A DNA stretch of 20,000 bases from IMG/VR virus record IMGVR_UViG_3300038443_001324, one strand, 5' to 3'. The notes below the pieces were generated by a model that worked only from the letters and a program-made list of their open reading frames with translations, had not been told where the DNA came from and did not search any database. Positions 15,894 through 20,000 of the stretch are shown here, piece after piece; positions within the stretch are counted from its first letter, which is position 1; every line of letters begins with the position of its first letter. The DNA is from an uncultured virus (IMG/VR IMGVR_UViG_3300038443_001324) (lineage: Duplodnaviria > Heunggongvirae > Uroviricota > Caudoviricetes). Position numbers and translations under genes: made by a program.

Positions 15894-16217
15894 ATGACCA
15901 ACCGCATACCCCTTGCGGCCTTCGTGGTGCTGCTCGTGGCGGCTTCGGCCCGCGCTGACGAAACCACAATCATCAACGCAAAGCCGGGGCAAGAAATTGT
16001 TATTCAGATCAAGCGCGATGAAACAGAGCAAGCCGCAGATCTCGTGCAGGACATTCTGAATGAAAACTTTGCGGCGGCACTCAGCCACGGCGCAACGCTG
16101 CACAATCAGCTCATGTACAACGGCAGCGTCTACCCGGGCCCGCAAAATGGCACCGTACTGGACACTGCGCCGTTGACCGACATGGAAAACCGCGACGTCA
16201 TGAAGCGCACGCACTGA
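15894..16217 (+). CDS. Secreted/periplasmic hypothetical protein (107 aa)
   Basis: AAGGGA RBS; signal peptide [23 protein letters not shown]. Confidence 0.72.
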   Translation: MTNRIPLAAFVVLLVAASARADETTIINAKPGQEIVIQIKRDETEQAADLVQDILNENFAAALSHGATLHNQLMYNGSVYPGPQNGTVLDTAPLTDMENRDVMKRTH

Positions 16218-16252
16218 TACCCCCTTCATCTCCACCATTACAAGGAAAAACC

Positions 16253-16858
16253 ATGTGGATCATGCTTAACAACGCGTTTCTCTCGATCGTGGACAAGGCC
16301 AGCCGGCCCGATCACTTGATGGTGCGCGCTCGCCGAAAGGGTGATATCGAGGCCGTTTTCCCGGGTTATATCGCCCTGATCAACGTCGGCACCGACTATG
16401 CCTTTCGCGCCGAGATCCCGCGCAGCCTTGTTGCCATGACGATCGCCACGCAGATCACCGGCATCGATTACGCGAACTTCAAAGGCAGCGTGAAGGATGA
16501 CGCGCGCCACGATGCCTACATGGGTGTATGGAATGTGATGATGGACTACCAGCGCGGCTACTACGATCGGCGCACGCGCGCCGCTTTTCAGCGCCGCAGC
16601 CCGCGGCCGGCAGCAATCCAGTACGACGAGTTGGCCGCCCCCGAGGTGAAAGCGAGCAGCACCGGCGCCACGGCACCGGACGCGCTCTACGAAAAAGCCG
16701 TCGAGGTTGTGAAATCGAGCGGCCGTGCGTCTATCTCGCTCGTGCAGCGGCACCTACGCATCGGCTACGGCCGTGCGGCCGGGCTGCTCGAGCAGATGGA
16801 GAAAGCAGGGGTCGTATCGCCAATGCGAGCGAACGGGGCGCGCGAAGTGCTCGCGTGA
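16253..16858 (+). CDS. Phage hypothetical domain fused to C-terminal FtsK gamma (winged-helix) domain
   Basis: AAGGA RBS; C-terminus [11 protein letters not shown]...[39 protein letters not shown] is the FtsK-gamma signature; no motor domain. Confidence 0.88.
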   Translation: MWIMLNNAFLSIVDKASRPDHLMVRARRKGDIEAVFPGYIALINVGTDYAFRAEIPRSLVAMTIATQITGIDYANFKGSVKDDARHDAYMGVWNVMMDYQRGYYDRRTRAAFQRRSPRPAAIQYDELAAPEVKASSTGATAPDALYEKAVEVVKSSGRASISLVQRHLRIGYGRAAGLLEQMEKAGVVSPMRANGAREVLA

Positions 16859-16880
16859 AACACACTTGATCGAAATAGAG

Positions 16881-16912
16881 CCCCGCTATAGCGCAATGCC
16901 GGCGGGGATTTT
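16881..16912 (+). terminator. Possible terminator CCCCGC...GCGGGG-ATTTT
   Basis: Hairpin with a large loop followed by a T-run, just after the FtsK-gamma gene. Confidence 0.4.
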
Positions 16913-17170
16913 CGCTGGATTATGCGCGATTGTTTCACGGATTTTTAGCCGCCTCGCGCCGGCATCGTTGCCCCTCAAGCCAACCCGTTCCGCCTTTACG
17001 CGCAAATCGGGGGCGACGTGTCAAACGATACGATTCTGTAACGTTCCCCCGCCACAACAATCCTGAACGGTTTACAGGCCCTACAGCGGGCCCGCGCGAA
17101 TTTATGCTGCCATGGCATTCGGCTCACCCAGCCAAGGGCGGGGCGGGCCGATTCGCCCCATAGATGCCGA

Positions 17171-18334
17171 TTAACTCCCGCCACCTAGCCCGTGAGTTTG
17201 CGACTTCAAATTAGCGAGGGTGGCTTTGAACGCATCCGAGGGGGCGCTTTTTGGCGGTGCTTCTGCGCGCGGAACGGTCGCCGGCACTGGCATCGGGGGC
17301 TCTGCCACGTAGCCAAAGAGCTTGCGCAGGTGATCGGCGTAGCCGTGCGCGTTATCGCGCATTGCCTTGTCGAGCTCGGCTTGGCGCCACGGCCCCTCAC
17401 CAGCGGCCAAGATAACGCGCAGCCTAAAGGCGTGATGCGTTTCGTTGTGCCCACGGCCAGCGATGCCGAGCGAGGCCGCCTTCGAATCGTAGCCGGGGGC
17501 GCTCTTCCACCAATCGAGCGGCACGTCTGAGGCCTCGGGGATTTCTTCATCCTCCCAGCGGCCAGCGGTGAGCCAGCCTTCGGCCATCTTGATCTTTTCG
17601 CGCTCGAGGCTCTTTACCTCTTTCGCGTAGCGCTGCGCGCCGGCGAGCAAGGTGGCGATCGCATCGGCCCGCTTGCCGCCGATTAACTTCACGGCAGCTT
17701 TCCAACGCTTGAATGCAACGAGCTTGCCTTGCTTGCGAGGGTAGGCATCCCAAAACGCGAGGAACTCGGCCGAGTAGATTTCTTTGCTCGCATCGCCTTC
17801 CCCCTCGGCCTTCGCCGGCGCAGCCGGTGAAGAAGGGGGTTGTAAACCTTCTAACTCAGTACTTGCTTCAAATTCATTGTTTACTAGGTGCGGATTAGCC
17901 GGCGACGGTTCAACCGGCGACGGCTTCACCGGCGACGGAAAATCCGGCGATGGTGAAGTGAAGTTAAATTCGGCTTTGCCGCGAAGCTCTTTCAAGCGGT
18001 TTGTGCGCGGTTTTGTAGGCACTTCGGACACGAAATAGTCGTATCCGTCCATGTGGCCGGCGGCGGTTTGGCGGGGTTTTTCAGACCTCGTGAGGTAGCC
18101 CGCCTCGCCGAGTTCGGCAAGAATGGCCTTCACGCCATCACGCCCGAGCTGGCCGCGTATGGCGAACTGCGTTTCGTTCACAAGGTGTTTGACGGATACC
18201 TGCCAGCCGTCAGGTTTGCCGAGTAGAAAGATCAGCATGCCACGCGCGGCCCATGAGAGGCGCTCGTCTTCACTGATCTGCTTGTCGACCGTGTAAAAGC
18301 TGGTTTCTGGACGTGGTCCGCGGATGATAGCCAT
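17171..18334 (-). CDS. Phage replication initiator protein
   Basis: N-terminal wHTH (DERLSWAARGML.FLL.KPDGWQ...ELGEAGYL), FWDAYPRKQGK...GWLTAGRWEDE domain, internal iterons. Confidence 0.8.
   Translation of the reverse strand: MAIIRGPRPETSFYTVDKQISEDERLSWAARGMLIFLLGKPDGWQVSVKHLVNETQFAIRGQLGRDGVKAILAELGEAGYLTRSEKPRQTAAGHMDGYDYFVSEVPTKPRTNRLKELRGKAEFNFTSPSPDFPSPVKPSPVEPSPANPHLVNNEFEASTELEGLQPPSSPAAPAKAEGEGDASKEIYSAEFLAFWDAYPRKQGKLVAFKRWKAAVKLIGGKRADAIATLLAGAQRYAKEVKSLEREKIKMAEGWLTAGRWEDEEIPEASDVPLDWWKSAPGYDSKAASLGIAGRGHNETHHAFRLRVILAAGEGPWRQAELDKAMRDNAHGYADHLRKLFGYVAEPPMPVPATVPRAEAPPKSAPSDAFKATLANLKSQTHGLGGGS
17840..17953. repeat. Putative replication origin: four 15-bp-period iterons CCGGCGAYGG plus adjacent AT-rich tract
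   Basis: Copies at 17899, 17914, 17929 and 17944; AT-rich 17840-17895; lambda-O-like layout inside the initiator gene. Confidence 0.7.
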
Positions 18335-18465
18335 CAGCGCACCCCGCCATGCAAAGCGGTTGCGTTCTTGTAGGACATTTCGCCCCTATCTTTTTTGTAC
18401 AGCAGCACTTTTTTTGCCCCGAAACTAGTACCCGCGCGCAGCCATGGCGCACGAGCAGCCGATGT

Positions 18466-18837
18466 CTAGACCTCTTCGATCGCGATGCCATGCAAGGCCA
18501 TCACGAGCTTCATTTTCAAGCGATAGACAGGTAGCTTCCGGGTCGCGTCACTTTTCACATCTTCTGTGATCGAGACGTTCCGCTCGAGGCAGCGGTATTG
18601 GAAGTCGGCGATGTAGGTGCAGATCTTAACGTCGTTTACGCGGCAATCAATAGGTACTTGCAAACGTAGGTCAGCAATCTTTCCTGCACTTTCTAGGATT
18701 CGCAGCTCTCCGTAGCGTCGAGCCTCCTTTGCGGAGTCGAATTTCCTGCCTGCTACGTAAGTCACAGTGTTTTTATACTTCCTACGTTTGGCCGGCTTGG
18801 CTGCTGCAACTTGTTGTAAATATTCTGCTGCCTTCAT
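18466..18837 (-). CDS. DUF1064-family PD-(D/E)xK nuclease
   Basis: KYKN......FDSAKEARRY..L...G.I.DLRLQV...TYIADFQY...EDVKS...YRLK.KL; true start MKAAEY at 18837. Confidence 0.85.
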   Translation of the reverse strand: MKAAEYLQQVAAAKPAKRRKYKNTVTYVAGRKFDSAKEARRYGELRILESAGKIADLRLQVPIDCRVNDVKICTYIADFQYRCLERNVSITEDVKSDATRKLPVYRLKMKLVMALHGIAIEEV

Positions 18838-18843
18838 GCGATT

Positions 18844-18958
18844 TGTTCCCGTTGTGACAACGGGTGAATCGTACACGCTGCACGGCGACATAGCGATTGA
18901 CGATGTGATCATTTTCGTGAGCGTCTGACTTGCACTTTTATCACCAGGGGTACATAGT
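18844..18958. promoter_or_regulatory. Divergent control region: two operator-like palindromes and promoter TTGCAC-17-CATAGT
   Basis: TGTTCC-CGTT-GTGACA at 18844, TATCAC-CAGG-GGTACA at 18939; -35 at 18930, -10 at 18953. Confidence 0.68.
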
Positions 18959-18990
18959 CCGGTCACCCAAACAACAAAAGAGGTGGTCGG

Positions 18991-20000
18991 ATGCCCAATA
19001 TCACGGTGGCCAACGAGGCCGAATGGCACACGCTGCGCGAGCAGCACATTGGCGGCTCGGAGGTAGCGAGCCTGTTCTATGAGTGGCTGCTGCCCACGGG
19101 CGAGGTAGTGGTGCGCCATATGTACGAGCCGTTCGGGGAAGAGGACGAGCTGCTTGGCTGCCTCGGATCGTTCCGCACCGGGTACCGCCTCTTTCACGAA
19201 AAGAGCGGGCTGCTGGTGCCCGAGGATTTCGGGGACAGCGATCGAGTGCAGGCGGGCAAGTTCCTCGAGCCGGCGATCGCCGCATGGGCAAAAGCGCGCT
19301 GGGAGTGGGAAGGGCTTCAAAAGGTGCGCCGCTACATGACGCACGACACGGTGCCGGGCTGGGGCGCTTCGCTCGATTACGAGGTGAACCGGCAAGGGCG
19401 GCCGCCGGTTGAGCTCAAGAACGTCGATTACGGGATCTTCCGCGACAAGTGGGCGCTGGACCCGGATACGGACGAAATCGTGCGTATGCCGTTGCAGTAT
19501 CAGCTGCAGCTGCAATGCCAGATCGGGCCATGCAATGCCGACCACGGCTACATCGTGGCCTGCGTGGCCGGCAACAAGCTGTACCGCGGCCGCGTCGAGC
19601 GCCACGAGCCCACGCAGCAGCGCATTGGCGAGGCGATCGCCGCATTTTGGGCGGGCGTGGCCGAGGGCGTGGTGCCCGCGATCTATGCCGACATGGATAC
19701 CGTAAAAGAGTCGCTCGCCACCGGTATCAAAGAGCGCACGGTCGAGCACCGAGGCGAGCCCGAGCTTGACGGCCTGATTCGCCGTTATGTGCGCTGGGAT
19801 AAGGCCATCAAGAACATGAGCAAGCGCCTGGACAACATGAAGGCGCGGATCTGCGCGAATTTCACCGACGAGAGCACGGTGCTGCTCACCGACGAGCACC
19901 GCCTTTCGTGGCCGAGCTATACGCGCCCGGCCGGCATGAGCGAACCGAAGTACGTCGAAGAAAAGACCTGGCGCATGCGGCTCACGGTGAGCAAGCCGCA
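18991..20000 (+). CDS. YqaJ/lambda-exonuclease-family recombination nuclease (runs off window)
   Basis: Not in ORF track. GAGGT RBS; MPNITVANEAEWHTLREQHIGGSEVASL...G.FLEPAI...GASLDY...VELKNV...PLQYQLQLQCQ...IAAFW. Confidence 0.9.
   Translation, partial: MPNITVANEAEWHTLREQHIGGSEVASLFYEWLLPTGEVVVRHMYEPFGEEDELLGCLGSFRTGYRLFHEKSGLLVPEDFGDSDRVQAGKFLEPAIAAWAKARWEWEGLQKVRRYMTHDTVPGWGASLDYEVNRQGRPPVELKNVDYGIFRDKWALDPDTDEIVRMPLQYQLQLQCQIGPCNADHGYIVACVAGNKLYRGRVERHEPTQQRIGEAIAAFWAGVAEGVVPAIYADMDTVKESLATGIKERTVEHRGEPELDGLIRRYVRWDKAIKNMSKRLDNMKARICANFTDESTVLLTDEHRLSWPSYTRPAGMSEPKYVEEKTWRMRLTVSKP

Noticed and set aside
16863..17184. Short ORFs in the 16.9-17.2 kb gap
   Set aside because: No RBS, atypical codon usage and no recognisable motifs.
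17899..17953. Possible CRISPR-like repeats
   Set aside because: 10-bp units with 5-bp spacers inside a CDS; far too short, and no cas genes.
9255..18954. Interpreting the 16-bp palindromes as canonical parS or CRP/FNR sites
   Set aside because: They differ from parS TGTTTCACGTGAAACA, CRP TGTGA-N6-TCACA and FNR TTGAT-N4-ATCAA; overlap with promoters favours a phage repressor.
3281..19314. KOPS octamers GGGNAGGG (3281 -, 8004 -, 19307 +)
   Set aside because: Only three noticed, in coding DNA and mixed orientation; no enrichment to link with the FtsK-gamma protein.
18838..19899. 477-aa minus-strand ORF 18466-19899
   Set aside because: Only the last 123 aa are the DUF1064 gene; the rest is the antisense shadow of the YqaJ gene and crosses a promoter region.

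Overview
GC-rich temperate phage/prophage segment. Abundant TCGA/CGATCG/CGCG words and the gene types suggest a Burkholderiales-like host (inference). Leftward modules: DUF1064 nuclease and a replication initiator with internal iterons; HNH endonuclease, ParB-MTase fusion and lysis genes; putative TerS, a second MTase, four small ORFs, TerL and the portal N-terminus. These are interrupted by two large rightward accessory blocks (3950-10301 and 13555-16858). The blocks carry a 700-aa ParB-family protein with a histone-H1-like tail, several small Zn-finger proteins and an unusual protein ending in an FtsK-gamma domain. A YqaJ-type exonuclease starts at 18991. The non-coding DNA shows sigma70-like promoters associated with a recurrent 16-bp palindrome (TRTCAC-N4-GTGAYA, 7 copies), a second spacer palindrome, a 23-bp dispersed repeat and a Fur-box-like site. 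No repressor, integrase, tRNA or CRISPR array was recognised. Family assignments come from motif recognition only, not database searches.
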